A stretch of DNA of 56,905 bases. Source: Chloroflexota bacterium. GTDB lineage: Bacteria > Chloroflexota > Limnocylindria > Limnocylindrales > CSP1-4. Made by a program: the position numbers and the translations under genes. Under the pieces are notes generated by a model, which had not been told where the DNA came from, ran no database searches, and saw only the letters and a program-made list of their open reading frames with translations. Location: positions 1-56,905 of the forward strand of contig PLMA01000020.1 in assembly GCA_003141455.1 (NCBI GenBank), read 5' to 3'. This document shows, piece after piece, positions 46,156-55,529 of the stretch (its first letter is position 1; every line of letters starts with the position of its first letter).

Positions 46156-47976
46156 CTACTCGCCGGCCGGCTCACCGCCGCTCGCCTCGGCGGCCTTTGA
46201 GCCTGCCGCGGCCTTGCGGCGTGCGGGGGCACGGCGCTTGGGCGCAGCCGCTTCGGTCGACGCGGTGGCTTCACCGCTCTCGGTCGCGCCGCTCGCGCTC
46301 TTCGCGCTCTCGGCCGACGTCGCCGGCTTTCGACGGCTGCGAGTAGCCGGCCTGGGCTTCTCGACACTCGCTTCGGTGCCTTCGGACGGCTTGGCCGTGC
46401 CTTCAGGCTCCGCCTTGCGGCGTCCGCCACGTCGAGCGGCGGGCTTCGGCTCGGCCGCCCCGGCAGCAGCCACGGGCTGGTCCGCGGAAACCTCCGCTGG
46501 GGCTGCGCTCTGGCGACTCAGCTTCGTCGAGAGTTGCGCGCGCAGTATCTCCTCCAGTTCCGGCGGAACCTCGGTCCAGGGCTCGGCCGAATCGCGACCA
46601 CCGCTCCGTGGCACTACTACGCCGCGACGCGGCTGCGGCTGGCTCTGGCGCGGAGGCCGCTCGTCGCGTCGTCGTGGCTGCTGAGCCTGGGGTTGACGTG
46701 CCGGTTCGGGGAACCGCGACGACGACCGTCCGTACCGTTCGCGGTCGACGGCCGAGGCATACGCGCTCCTGACGCCTCGACCCCCGCCCCGGCCCTGGCC
46801 CTGGCCCTGGCCGCGACCGCCGCGGCGCTTCTCGGCCAACAGGTACTCGGGGATCTCCGGCTCCGCAAAGTCGTCCTCGTCCGCGGTAAGCGGAGTGAGC
46901 CCTTCCGGCCGGCCGGCCATCCCGATCTGCGAATCCCACACGGACCCGAATTGGTTGGGCCGCGCCGCGGGAGGCGGGAGAGCGACCTCTCCTTCCGGCT
47001 CCCCGGCGTCGCCCGTTTCAGCCACGGGGAGGTCGCCCTCCTCATGGCCGTGGCCGTGGCCGCGGCCGCGGCCGCCGCGGCGCCGCCGTCGCCGCGCTGT
47101 CGACTCGCCGCCGACCTCGGCGGTCTCGCCTTCTGCGACCTCGGCAGCCTCGGCGACCTCGGCGGTCTCCTCGGCGACTCCGTCCAGCAACTCCTCGTCG
47201 ACCGGCTCGCCGCCCTCGGCACCGGCCCCCGCTCGCGACAGCTTCTCTCCAGGAAGAGCAACCAGCCGGCCACCCGATCCGCGAGATGCCGTACGCGCGG
47301 CCACGCCGCGCCCGGCGGGTCGTGCGGCCCGTCCTTCGGCAGGAACGGCCGCCACCTCATCAGTGCTCTCGCCGTGTCCCCAACGGCCGCGACCGCGACC
47401 GCGCCGCCCGCCGCGTCCCTCCGTCTGCTTGTCCGGGACCTCGGTCATGGAGAGGTCTTCTTCATCGCCGGAGACCCGTCGACCGGAGCGCGACGAGTCG
47501 CGGTCGACTCGGGCGACCTGCGTGATGTCGTAGAAAGCGTCGGCCACTTCGATCAGATCCGAGCTGGTGTTGCCCCGGAAGCTGATGACCTCGACCCGCA
47601 CGCCCATCTCCTGGACCGCGCGGATCGCTGGCGCGAAGTCTCCGTCGCCGCTGACGACGATCGCCACGTCCAGATTGCGGGCCGTCTTCATCATGTCGAC
47701 GACCAATTCGATGTCCAAGTTGGCCTTGACCTTGCCATCACCGTATTTGCGGATGTCCTTGCTCACCACCTTGTAGCCGTGGCGGGCCAGGAACGAGTGG
47801 AAGTTGCGCTGGTTCTCGTTCTCGGGATCCAGCCCGGTGTAGGCATAGGCACGGACGAAATCGCGCCCGGCCACGGCAGCCTTCAGCAGCGTGACGTAAT
47901 CGATGTCCGCGCCCGCCGCCTTCGCCGCATAAAAAATGTTCGCCACGTCAACGAAGACGGCGACGTTCTTGCTCAC
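46156..47976 (-). CDS. NYN (LabA/DUF88, PIN-like) domain protein with about 450-aa disordered tail
   Basis: VFVDVANI, KANLDIELVVD, SGDGDFAP and TSSDL..VAD motifs; AGGAG RBS. Confidence 0.9.
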   Translation of the reverse strand: MSKNVAVFVDVANIFYAAKAAGADIDYVTLLKAAVAGRDFVRAYAYTGLDPENENQRNFHSFLARHGYKVVSKDIRKYGDGKVKANLDIELVVDMMKTARNLDVAIVVSGDGDFAPAIRAVQEMGVRVEVISFRGNTSSDLIEVADAFYDITQVARVDRDSSRSGRRVSGDEEDLSMTEVPDKQTEGRGGRRGRGRGRWGHGESTDEVAAVPAEGRAARPAGRGVAARTASRGSGGRLVALPGEKLSRAGAGAEGGEPVDEELLDGVAEETAEVAEAAEVAEGETAEVGGESTARRRRRRGGRGRGHGHGHEEGDLPVAETGDAGEPEGEVALPPPAARPNQFGSVWDSQIGMAGRPEGLTPLTADEDDFAEPEIPEYLLAEKRRGGRGQGQGQGRGGGRGVRSAYASAVDRERYGRSSSRFPEPARQPQAQQPRRRDERPPRQSQPQPRRGVVVPRSGGRDSAEPWTEVPPELEEILRAQLSTKLSRQSAAPAEVSADQPVAAAGAAEPKPAARRGGRRKAEPEGTAKPSEGTEASVEKPRPATRSRRKPATSAESAKSASGATESGEATASTEAAAPKRRAPARRKAAAGSKAAEASGGEPAGE

Positions 47977-48073
47977 GAATGTGACTCCTTGATTGACCGG
48001 CCGGCGAGATTGCTCGTCGGCCTGTGGGGCCCGTGGCGCCGGCGCTCCTTGGCTGCTCGGCTGCCTGGGGTAG

Positions 48074-48535
48074 TTAGCGGCTCGTGGACGCCCTCAGGGC
48101 GATCGCCGCCGTGTATACGTTCGTTGTCGCCTTGGTGAAACCGTGGCCCTGCCAGTTCGACAGATACGACGAGTCAGGCGTCAGCACGACTTCGACCGAT
48201 GCGCAGCCCTTTCTCCGCGCCGAATGCAACATCTCTTCGATCAGCAGGTCGGCGACCGTCTCGGTCTCTGCGCCGTCCGCGACCACAAGCACATCAATCG
48301 TTGCTACGAACCCACCGTACCGGACCGACGGCCTCAGGCCGAGGATCGCGCCGCCCGCAAGTTGGTGACCGGCCTCGGCGATGGCGACGCTCGCGTTCGG
48401 AATGTAGACCAGCTGGCGGAGCAGGCCGATCGCATCGATCGGAGAGTCGCCTCCAGGCACGGCACCCTTCTGGGCGCAAAGCGCGTACAGCCGATCTACA
48501 TCGGTGATACGGGCCTGCCTGATAAGGTACTCCAC
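48074..48535 (-). CDS. GNAT-fold protein with degenerate acetyl-CoA loop
   Basis: IRQARITD, ATIDVLVV, ARRKGC and HGF motifs; the R-x-x-G-x-G loop is missing. Confidence 0.65.
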   Translation of the reverse strand: MEYLIRQARITDVDRLYALCAQKGAVPGGDSPIDAIGLLRQLVYIPNASVAIAEAGHQLAGGAILGLRPSVRYGGFVATIDVLVVADGAETETVADLLIEEMLHSARRKGCASVEVVLTPDSSYLSNWQGHGFTKATTNVYTAAIALRASTSR

Positions 48536-48824
48536 TCGAACAGACGAACCTCAAGACGAGAGGGCGCTCGCACTGCGGCGACAGCCAGAATGGCCGACGC
48601 TCGCTTGCTGTAGTGCCAGGGCTCTCGGGGTGGCGAGCGGGGTCCCCGCTCGACAGCCACGCCTCAGTGGGTCGGCGGCCGTGCAACGCATCCGGCTCGC
48701 CTTCTCTAACTATACGGCAACGGCGTCCAAGGCAGCTAGTGAGCAAGTTCTCGTATGCCGCTCAGCGCGTTCGGCGGCTTCGGCCGGTTCGATACCGCCC
48801 ACCGCGCATCGGAGGCGCCGCGCG

Positions 48825-49259
48825 CTAGTACAGCCGGCGGCGGCGCTCCTCGAAGAGCTCGAATGCGCCCCGGGCCAGGACGATGATGCCGACGGCAGCC
48901 AGCCAGAGGCCGGGGCCGAGTTGCGGCGGGAACGGCAGGAGCCCCTTCTGGGCCAGAACCGCAACGGACAGACCGAAGCAGACCACGATGATCGTCAGCA
49001 GGAGAAGGTATGACAGCGGGTGATCAATCGCGACCGGTTTCTCCGACGCAAAGGGCAAGGTAATCAGGAGCAGAGTGCCGACCCCCGCCAGGAACATCGG
49101 GAAGACAGCCCCCGTCATGGAGTTGAAGCCGATCGCGCCCTGCTTCGGCAGCCCGGTGTCGCCACCGATCTGCCACCACTGCAGGAAGCACGACCCGACC
49201 ACGAGGATCGCGCCGATCGCAACGATCCAGCGACCGCGGCTCGCCGAAGTGTGATGCAT
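48825..49259 (-). CDS. hypothetical four-TM membrane protein
   Basis: GSCFLQWW and GPGLWLA..G motifs with hydrophobic helices. Confidence 0.75.
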   Translation of the reverse strand: MHHTSASRGRWIVAIGAILVVGSCFLQWWQIGGDTGLPKQGAIGFNSMTGAVFPMFLAGVGTLLLITLPFASEKPVAIDHPLSYLLLLTIIVVCFGLSVAVLAQKGLLPFPPQLGPGLWLAAVGIIVLARGAFELFEERRRRLY

Positions 49260-49271
49260 CGTCGCGCCTCT

Positions 49272-49832
49272 CTACGACTCGTAGGCCTCGGGGCGGAGCA
49301 CGCCCACGAAGCGGAGGTTTCGATACACCTCCCCGAAGTCGAGACCATACCCCACCACGAAGGCATCCGGGATCTGGAATCCCACGTAGTCCAGCGGGAT
49401 CTCGACCAGGCGCCGAGCCGGCTTGTCGAGCAGCGCGCAGACTTTGATCGAGCGCGGGTTCTTGCCCTTCAGGTACCGCAGCAGGTAGTTCAGGGTCAAC
49501 CCGGTGTCGATGATGTCCTCGACGAGGAGCACGTCACGGCCTTCGATCGGAGCGCTGAGGTCTTTGAGGATCCGGACCAGCCCGGATGATTCCGTCGTCG
49601 TGCCGCCGTAACTGGAGACCTCCATCAGGTCGATCCGCAGCGGCAGGCTGATGCTCCGCATCAGGTCCGCCATGAACGGCAGCGAGCCCTTCAGGACGCT
49701 AACGAGCGTCAGCTGGCGGCCGGCGTAGTCGGTGCTGATCTGCTGCCCGAGCTCGACCACCTTGGCCCCGATCTGCTCCTCGGTCAGTAGCACCTCGGAG
49801 ACGTCCAAAACGAGGTCCTGGGAGACTTTCAT
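49272..49832 (-). CDS. hpt: hypoxanthine phosphoribosyltransferase
   Basis: VLKGS, VSSYG, VEDIIDTGLTL, LLDKP and FVVGYGLD motifs. Confidence 0.96.
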   Translation of the reverse strand: MKVSQDLVLDVSEVLLTEEQIGAKVVELGQQISTDYAGRQLTLVSVLKGSLPFMADLMRSISLPLRIDLMEVSSYGGTTTESSGLVRILKDLSAPIEGRDVLLVEDIIDTGLTLNYLLRYLKGKNPRSIKVCALLDKPARRLVEIPLDYVGFQIPDAFVVGYGLDFGEVYRNLRFVGVLRPEAYES

Positions 49833-50446
49833 CGCTTCCTCTTACATAACGTGACGGGTGAGACGGGCGCGGACCCCGTATTGGATCGGTGGCCTGCGCG
49901 GCGACGGGCGGCTCGCGAGCGGCGACTGGGGCCGGGGCTCGACTCGCCCGACGCGCCGGATCCCGCGTCGGAGCGATCGATCACCAGATGGCCGTTCCCG
50001 TCGGACTCGTGTTCGGGGCCGGCCGGCGCCGAGGGTTCATCGGCTTCCTCGTGGGTCATGACCTGACCGAGCGTTCCGCTCAACTCAGAGACGAGCGCGG
50101 CTCGCCCGTACTTCAGCATCAGGGCCCGGAAGTCGCGGGCGTAGAAAAGCTTGATTCGCAGCCCCGGGTACAGCTCTCGCAAACGGCGGACCTTCCGGTT
50201 CTTCTTGCGCACGAGACGCTGCTGGAGCGTGGTCAGCTCCACGAATAGCTCAAGCTCCGGCAGGAAGAAGTCGGGAGCGAAGCTCTCCAGGACGTTGCCG
50301 TCGAGATCCCAGAGGATCGGAAAGACCTGGGCCTCGTACTCCCATTCGACCTGGTAGAAGTCGAGGATACGGGCGAACTCGGCCTCGCTGGCGTGGGCGA
50401 ACCCATGGTCCGATCTCGGACCGCGAGGAGATTCCCCGTCGGTCAT
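49829..50446 (-). CDS. PD-(D/E)XK / endonuclease I-like domain protein coupled to hpt
   Basis: SEAEFA..LD...WEYE...FAPDFFLP...FVELTT pattern; stop overlaps the hpt start. Confidence 0.7.
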   Translation of the reverse strand: MTDGESPRGPRSDHGFAHASEAEFARILDFYQVEWEYEAQVFPILWDLDGNVLESFAPDFFLPELELFVELTTLQQRLVRKKNRKVRRLRELYPGLRIKLFYARDFRALMLKYGRAALVSELSGTLGQVMTHEEADEPSAPAGPEHESDGNGHLVIDRSDAGSGASGESSPGPSRRSRAARRRAGHRSNTGSAPVSPVTLCKRKR

Positions 50447-50573
50447 CCCATCCGGCCCAGGCGTAGTTTCTCGCGACGATCCACGCCCCCAAGTCTATCC
50501 GCTTGACGCGCCCAGGGCCGCCTCCGGTAGCGCTCAGTCGCGATTCGGACAGGCCGTCAGGAGCCCGAGAGCG

Positions 50574-50602
50574 TTGCCTCGGATACTCCCTGGGGGTATC
50601 AT
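50574..50602 (+). promoter_or_regulatory. sigma70-type promoter with CsoR-type operator in the spacer
   Basis: TTGCCT-17 nt-TATCAT; GATACTCCC-T-GGGGGTATC palindrome at 50582-50600. Confidence 0.75.
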
Positions 50603-50685
50603 GAGCCGAAGGCCCAATCCGCCGCGACCGGCCGGCAGCCGGCCGGACCGCCCGGTGGCAGGCGGACGGCACCGAGAGAGGTCGA

Positions 50686-51189
50686 ATGGCAGTGCAGGAA
50701 GAAGCAGGGAAGGCGGACGGAATCCGCCCGGCGCAGCGATCAGAATCCACGGCCACGCCCACCGCCACGGCGCCAGAGCGGTCGGGAGGAGTCGGTCGTG
50801 CCGGTCTTGCCGCCGCCTCGGATCTGCTGTCCGGATCGGCCGACGACGGCGTCGAGCCCGCCGGAGACGGGTCCGACGTCGATCCTACCTTTCGCCACTC
50901 CTACTCGCGGGATCAGGCGACCCTGATCCGGCGGCTCCGCCGCATCGAAGGCCAGGTTCGAGGCATCGAGCGAATGATCGAGCGGCGCGAGTACTGCATC
51001 GACATCCTCCAGCAGACCGCGGCCCTGCGAGCGGCGGTGGATTCGGTCGCCCTGTTGATCCTCGAGGACCACGTCCAGGGGTGCGTACGAACGGCCGCCG
51101 AACAGGGCGACGCCGACCGCTACATCGAAGAGGTTCTCGATGTGGTGCGCCGGGCCCTCGGCAAGCCGGTCCGGACCCCGAGGGTCTAG
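50686..51189 (+). CDS. csoR: CsoR/RcnR-family metal-sensing repressor with N-terminal extension
   Basis: RLRRIEGQVRGI..M...EYCIDILQQ...EDHVQGCV with Cys-His-Cys ligands. Confidence 0.85.
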   Translation: MAVQEEAGKADGIRPAQRSESTATPTATAPERSGGVGRAGLAAASDLLSGSADDGVEPAGDGSDVDPTFRHSYSRDQATLIRRLRRIEGQVRGIERMIERREYCIDILQQTAALRAAVDSVALLILEDHVQGCVRTAAEQGDADRYIEEVLDVVRRALGKPVRTPRV

Positions 51190-51205
51190 CTCCGGATCCG
51201 CCGAT

Positions 51206-51241
51206 CGAGCGCGGACACCGCGAGCGCGGACACCGCGAGCG
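51206..51241. repeat. 15-bp tandem repeat, 2.4 copies
   Basis: CGAGCGCGGACACCG CGAGCGCGGACACCG CGAGCG. Confidence 0.8.
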
Positions 51242-51298
51242 AGACTCGGCGGGCATCGGTGACTCGGCCGTGGGAGACCCGGCGCGTTTCGTGCCGTG

Positions 51299-51369
51299 TC
51301 ATCCACCTACGTCAGATGAAGTAGCCGTTTGTCCACAATCGTGGATGACCGGATTGTTTTCGTGGATAA
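51299..51369. promoter_or_regulatory. cluster of four DnaA-box-like 9-mers
   Basis: TCATCCACC (51299), TTGTCCACA (51329), rc TCATCCACG (51340), rc TTATCCACG (51361). Confidence 0.55.
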
Positions 51370-51568
51370 CGACGTTGACGAGACGCCTGACGGCTTCTAC
51401 CGTCCGACATCCGCACCGCTGTTGCGGACCGTCATCGGGTAACCGCGCTAGCGAGGGGCCTGGGGAGACCCGGCCAGAAACTGGACTAGCGCGGGAAGAC
51501 CGAGGGACGCCTGGTGCGAGAAGAGCCAACGCCGGGAGCGGCGCGGCCGTGAGGACCGGGAGTCCGAG

Positions 51569-52351
51569 ATGACCCCGCCTCGGGTTCGCGATCCGCTCCC
51601 GACGTGCGTTCAGGGGCTGGCGCCGCTGCCGGAGGGCTACCACTCGTCGGTGCGGGCCGGGTTGGGCGCCGTCGGCGCTTCCGCCCTCGACGAGGAGCGG
51701 CTGACGGCCATCGCCGACCACGTTCGACTCCTCCTCGCCTGGAACGACGCCATCAACTTGAGCGGAATCCGCGAGCCGGAGGCGATCGCTCGAGAGCACG
51801 TCCTTGACAGCCTCTCGGCCTTGACACTGCTGCGCCGGGCCGGAGTCACCGAATTCCTGGACCTTGGCAGCGGCGCCGGCTATCCCGGCCTGCCCCTGGC
51901 GGTGGCCCTACCCGCAACGCGGGCGGTCCTCGTGGAGTCGATCGCCAAGAAGGCGCGCTTCCTGTCCGCGGCCGTGGAGGCGGTCGGGCTGGCGGACCGC
52001 GTGGCCGTGGCTGCGACACGCGCCGAGACCCTGGCCGCGAACCCGGCCTATCGGGGGCGCTGGCAGGCGGTCCTGGCGCGGGCGGTGGCGGACCTGACCG
52101 AGCTCGCCGAGATCTCGCTGCCTCTGCTCCGAGCCGGCGGTCTGCTGGTGGCCTGGAAACGGCTGCCGATGGACGCCGAGCTGACCCGAGCGGAGCGCGC
52201 GGTGCGCCAGCTCGGCGGCCGCCTGGCCGGCTATGAGCGGGTGGACGTGCCCGGCCTCGACGACCACGTCCTGGCGGTCGTCGAGAAAGTCGCGGTCACT
52301 CCGCCGGAGTTCCCGCGCGATCCGGCCGCGCGCCGCCGCAGGCCGTTGTAG
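51569..52351 (+). CDS. rsmG: 16S rRNA m7G527 methyltransferase
   Basis: WN..INLS, HVLDSL, DLGSGAGYPG, VESIAKK and ARAV motifs. Confidence 0.95.
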   Translation: MTPPRVRDPLPTCVQGLAPLPEGYHSSVRAGLGAVGASALDEERLTAIADHVRLLLAWNDAINLSGIREPEAIAREHVLDSLSALTLLRRAGVTEFLDLGSGAGYPGLPLAVALPATRAVLVESIAKKARFLSAAVEAVGLADRVAVAATRAETLAANPAYRGRWQAVLARAVADLTELAEISLPLLRAGGLLVAWKRLPMDAELTRAERAVRQLGGRLAGYERVDVPGLDDHVLAVVEKVAVTPPEFPRDPAARRRRPL

Positions 52352-52364
52352 AGGCGTCGCCCCG

Positions 52365-53096
52365 ATGCGCGTCGCGGTCCTCTCGGACATCCACTCCAAC
52401 CTGGCGGCGCTGGAGGCGGTCCTCGGATCGATCGGGACGGTGGACGCCGTGTGGCACCTGGGCGACGTCGTCGGGTACGGTCCGGAACCGGACGGGGTGG
52501 TGCAGCGGCTGCGCGACGTCGCCGCTCTGGGAGTGAGGGGCAATCACGATGAGGCGGCCTGCGGCGGCGCCACGATCGAGAGCTTCAACGTGGACGCCCG
52601 GGCCGCCGCCGAGTGGACGCGGGCGCGCATCGGCGACGAGACACGGGCTAACCTGGCGGCGCTGCCGGAGCTGATTGCGCCGGCCGGCTCGGGCTTCACG
52701 CTGGTGCACGGCAGCCCGCGGCATCCGATCTGGGAGTACCTGGACTCCCCATGGGCCGCCGAGCAGAACCTCGCCCTGCTCGAAACCCCTCACTGCTTCG
52801 TGGGCCACACTCACGTTCCGATCGTGTTCCGGGAACGACGCCGGGGAGGCATGGCGGCAGCGGTAGTGCCGCCGGAGGGTCGCCTGCGGCTCGACGACCG
52901 CCGCGTGGTGCTCAATCCCGGCAGCGTGGGCCAGCCGCGCGACGGCAACCCCGCGGCGAGCTACGTGATCCTCGACACGGCCGCGGGCCTCGCGACGTGG
53001 CGACGCGTGGCCTACGACATCGGAGCCACACAGGCAGCCATGAAGGCGGCCGGTCTGCCGCCACGCCTGGTCCGGCGCCTCAGCTTTGGGCAGTGA
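52365..53096 (+). CDS. metallophosphoesterase (calcineurin-like)
   Basis: SDIHSN, LGDVVGYG, GNHD, HGSP, GHTH and NPGSVGQPRD motifs. Confidence 0.93.
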   Translation: MRVAVLSDIHSNLAALEAVLGSIGTVDAVWHLGDVVGYGPEPDGVVQRLRDVAALGVRGNHDEAACGGATIESFNVDARAAAEWTRARIGDETRANLAALPELIAPAGSGFTLVHGSPRHPIWEYLDSPWAAEQNLALLETPHCFVGHTHVPIVFRERRRGGMAAAVVPPEGRLRLDDRRVVLNPGSVGQPRDGNPAASYVILDTAAGLATWRRVAYDIGATQAAMKAAGLPPRLVRRLSFGQ

Positions 53097-53283
53097 CCCA
53101 AGTCGGCGCGGAGTGGCGCGTCGCCGCCCATGCTGCTCGGCCGGGGGCGTCGTGCTAGCCTAATCCGGTCCCGCCGCGCGACCGCGTCCGGTACAGGGTG
53201 GGCGCTCGCGGGGGTACTGGCATCCCGCCCGAACCGGGTACCGACCGTCGAGCCGTCGCTCATCAAAGAGGGCAGACCACTAC

Positions 53284-55359
53284 ATGACCGCCCCCCGCTC
53301 GCCCCTTCACGGCCGCAAGCTCGGCGACCGGCGCATGGTGGTGGATCGGCCCCATTCCGCCTACTTCCGTTACGCGGGCCCGGGCGTCATGGTCGCCAAG
53401 GCCGCCGCAAGCGCGCCTCGGACCGCCCTGGGGCGGCGGATCGCCCGCGTCCGGTCCTTCGTTTTCGGGAAACCGCTCACGAACGCGCAGGACATCGAAG
53501 AGCGGCTCTCCAAGAAGCTCGCCCTCCCTATCTTCAGCTCGGACGCTATCTCCTCGTCCGCCTACGCCACGGACGAAATCCTGAAGGTCCTGGTGCTGGC
53601 GAGCGTCATCGCCCTGAGCTGGTCCATTTGGGTGGCGGCCGCGATCGCCCTGATGCTGACGATCGTCGCCTTCAGCTACCGCCAGGTCTGTCGAGCCTAT
53701 CCGTCGGGCGGCGGCGCGTACGTCGTGGCCAGAGAGAACCTGGGGGCCAGGTTCGGCCTGATCGCGGCGGCGGCGCTGATGGTCGACTACGTCATGACGG
53801 TCGCGGTGTCGAGTGCTTCGGCCCTGGCCAACCTGGGCACGGCGTTTCCGGCGATAGACACGTCCAAGGTCCTTCTCGGCGCCATCGTCATCGTGGCGGT
53901 CACGGCCGCGAACCTGCGCGGCATCCGCGAGTCCGGCAACATCTTCGCCGTCCCCACATACATGTTCGTCGGGCTGGCCTTGCTGGTGGTCGGCTGGGGC
54001 ATCGTGAACGTGATCACGGGCAGTGCCCATGAACTGCCTGCCCCCGACCACGTCATCTCCTCCGAAGGCCAGGTGGTAACGATCTTCCTTCTGCTCAAGG
54101 CCTTCGCCGGCGGATCCGTGGCCCTGACAGGCGTCGAGGCGATCGCGAACGGCGTGCCGGCCTTCAAGCCACCCGAAGCCAAGAACGCGGCCAACACCCT
54201 GATCATGATGGCCCTACTGCTGGGCGTGATCTTCATCGGCCTGACGTTCGTCGGCCTGCACTACGGGGTCAGGGCGACGGACGCGCAGGGTGCGACCGTT
54301 CTGGGTCAGGTGGGCCAGGCGGTCTTCGGCAACACGATCCTCTTCTACCTGCTCCAGATCAGCGCCGCGCTGATCCTCTTCCTGGCCTGCAACACGAGCT
54401 TCAACGCCTTCCCGCGCCTGGCCGCAATCCTGGCCAAGGACGGCTACATGCCGCGCCAGTTCGCCTTCCGCGGCGACCGCCTCGCCTTCTCCTGGGGGAT
54501 CGTCGTCCTGGCCGCGGTCGCGATCGGGATGCTCTTCATCTTCAAAGCCGATACGCACGCCCTGATCCCGCTCTACTCGGTCGGCGTCTTCATCTGCTTC
54601 ACCCTCTCGCAGACCGGAATGGTCATCCACTGGCGGAAGGAGCGGAGTTCGGGCTGGGCGTGGCGCAGCCTGGTCAACGGGTTCGGAGCCATCCTCACCG
54701 GAGTGGTCTTCATCGTCGTCGCCACCGAGAAGTTCGCCGACGGCGCATGGATGGTTCTGCTGTTCATCCCGCTCCTGATATTGATGATGCTCTTCGTAAG
54801 CCACCAGTACGTCGCTTCGGCCCGCCAACTCGAGATGCCGACCAGCGCTGCGGTTCCGCAGCCGCACCGCCACAACCGGGCGATCGTCCCAATCTCGGAG
54901 GTGAACCGGGCCGTCGTGCAAGCGCTCAACGTGGCGCGGTCGATCACCACCGACATCCGGGCCGTCTATATCTCGGACGACCCGCAGAAGAGCGACGACG
55001 TTCGCCAGCGCTGGGCGCAGGCCGTGCCCGACGTCCCGCTCGTGCTCGTCGAATCGCCTTATCGTGCCCTCGTCGCGCCATTCATCGCCTACCTGGACGT
55101 GCTCGACCGCACCTGGCCGGACGAGAAGGAGGCGCCGATCACGTTCGTGATCATCCCCGAGTATGTCGCCCGCAGCTGGTGGGAGCGGATGCTCTACAAC
55201 CAGGCGTCGAAACGGCTGCGCGCCACGCTGCTTGGACGTTCCCACACGGTCGTGATCAGCGTGCCCTATCGCCGGGACGATGCCAGCGCAAGGGTCGCCG
55301 CCGAGGAGATCAGACCCGCCGGCACGCTCGTGGCCACGGACGACAGCCGGGATCGCTGA
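53284..55359 (+). CDS. KimA/YdaO-like APC potassium transporter
   Basis: FSSDAISSSAYATDE, YPSGGGAY, MVDY, LTGVEAIANG and ESPYR motifs with C-terminal cytosolic domain. Confidence 0.85.
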   Translation: MTAPRSPLHGRKLGDRRMVVDRPHSAYFRYAGPGVMVAKAAASAPRTALGRRIARVRSFVFGKPLTNAQDIEERLSKKLALPIFSSDAISSSAYATDEILKVLVLASVIALSWSIWVAAAIALMLTIVAFSYRQVCRAYPSGGGAYVVARENLGARFGLIAAAALMVDYVMTVAVSSASALANLGTAFPAIDTSKVLLGAIVIVAVTAANLRGIRESGNIFAVPTYMFVGLALLVVGWGIVNVITGSAHELPAPDHVISSEGQVVTIFLLLKAFAGGSVALTGVEAIANGVPAFKPPEAKNAANTLIMMALLLGVIFIGLTFVGLHYGVRATDAQGATVLGQVGQAVFGNTILFYLLQISAALILFLACNTSFNAFPRLAAILAKDGYMPRQFAFRGDRLAFSWGIVVLAAVAIGMLFIFKADTHALIPLYSVGVFICFTLSQTGMVIHWRKERSSGWAWRSLVNGFGAILTGVVFIVVATEKFADGAWMVLLFIPLLILMMLFVSHQYVASARQLEMPTSAAVPQPHRHNRAIVPISEVNRAVVQALNVARSITTDIRAVYISDDPQKSDDVRQRWAQAVPDVPLVLVESPYRALVAPFIAYLDVLDRTWPDEKEAPITFVIIPEYVARSWWERMLYNQASKRLRATLLGRSHTVVISVPYRRDDASARVAAEEIRPAGTLVATDDSRDR

Positions 55360-55529
55360 GAGCCGGCCAGAGGCCCATGGGGGCCGAACGGCTTGGTTCC
55401 GATGCCCGAAAGTCGCGGTTTCGATCGGCCGGCTCTGGGGCACTCTGCTGACCTTCGCACCGCTCGGTGGTATCGTTCCGGCTCGTACGCGACTGAGATT
55501 CCGGCCACGTGCGGAAGAACGGAGGTTCG

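Noticed and set aside
46534-48138. 534-aa plus-strand ORF
   Set aside because: Antisense to the NYN gene, low complexity, no family signature.
53160-53283. c-di-AMP (ydaO) riboswitch upstream of the KimA-like gene
   Set aside because: Only fragments are present (AATCC, GGTAC, CCCGAACC); the conserved GCTGAA, GGGGTGAA and CAGCTAAC elements are absent.
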